Of a DNA stretch of 25,997 nt, positions 25,734 through 25,997 are shown one piece after another; position 1 is the stretch's first letter; the number at the start of each line of letters is the position of its first letter. The DNA comes from Acutalibacteraceae bacterium (GTDB lineage Bacteria > Bacillota > Clostridia > Oscillospirales > Acutalibacteraceae), in the NCBI GenBank assembly GCA_045224775.1, contig JBGVAQ010000374.1, positions 1 through 25,997 of the forward strand, read 5' to 3'. Made by a program: the position numbers and the translations under genes. The notes below the pieces were generated by a model that was not told where the DNA came from, did not search any database, and worked only from the letters and a program-made list of their open reading frames with translations.

Positions 25734-25997
25734 CTACCCTTGTACTATTACGGGGAATGCAAGGTCATCAAAATATTTGCCATCACAGCTTATTGTTGTA
25801 ACCTTGAGGTCTTCATCAGAATGGATAGTATAAATCAGCTTGTACTGGTCTGTAACACTCTGCTTTGAATAGCAGGTAAGTGTTATTGTGGAATAGCCCT
25901 TTCTCAGAGCATTGAAATAATATGTATCGTAATCATTATAGCCTGTTGCGGTCTTTTCGTATTCCACAACAAGTCCGTTGCTTATCTCACATCTCCA
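25734..25997 (-). CDS. C-terminal part of a hypothetical protein, possibly a chagasin/I42-like Ig fold; 5' end outside the window
   Basis: The frame is open to the window edge: WRCEISNGLVVEYEKTATGYNDYDTYYFNALRKGYSTITLTCY...YKLIYTIHSDEDLKVT...VQG*. It is followed by the heptamer repeat and a terminator. The fold guess rests only on the W...F.A...G...I.L.Y pattern. Confidence 0.6.
   Translation of the reverse strand, partial: WRCEISNGLVVEYEKTATGYNDYDTYYFNALRKGYSTITLTCYSKQSVTDQYKLIYTIHSDEDLKVTTISCDGKYFDDLAFPVIVQG

Overview
This is a 26 kb core-chromosome window from a moderately AT-rich Clostridia genome; gene content suggests a Ruminococcus/Oscillospiraceae-like organism (inference). Almost every gene is on the minus strand. 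In transcription order (right to left) it holds: a partial secreted or Ig-like ORF; pckA; queA; a dinJ-yafQ toxin-antitoxin pair; a six-gene envelope O-acylation operon (two SGNH lipoproteins, a DUF4358-like lipoprotein, MBOAT, DHHW, EamA); a divergent mecA-like / DUF3810 pair; a 1292-aa pseudo-receiver/HD-GYP/GGDEF/EAL/PAS/GGDEF protein; a REP-like palindrome cluster; ctsR-mcsA-mcsB-clpC with CtsR boxes; and purE-purF-purM-purN-purO-like. Four things stand out. (1) A perfect 34-bp inverted repeat pair brackets a 2.1-kb segment that carries the promoter of the c-di-GMP phosphodiesterase gene, so it is a candidate invertible switch. (2) PurF has lost many normally invariant active-site residues. 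(3) The purE 5' leader has a three-way-junction fold that matches no riboswitch I recognise. (4) Heptamer micro-arrays recur at gene boundaries. I found no rRNA, tRNA, CRISPR array, transposase or integrase. Product names come from motif recognition by eye, not from database searches.
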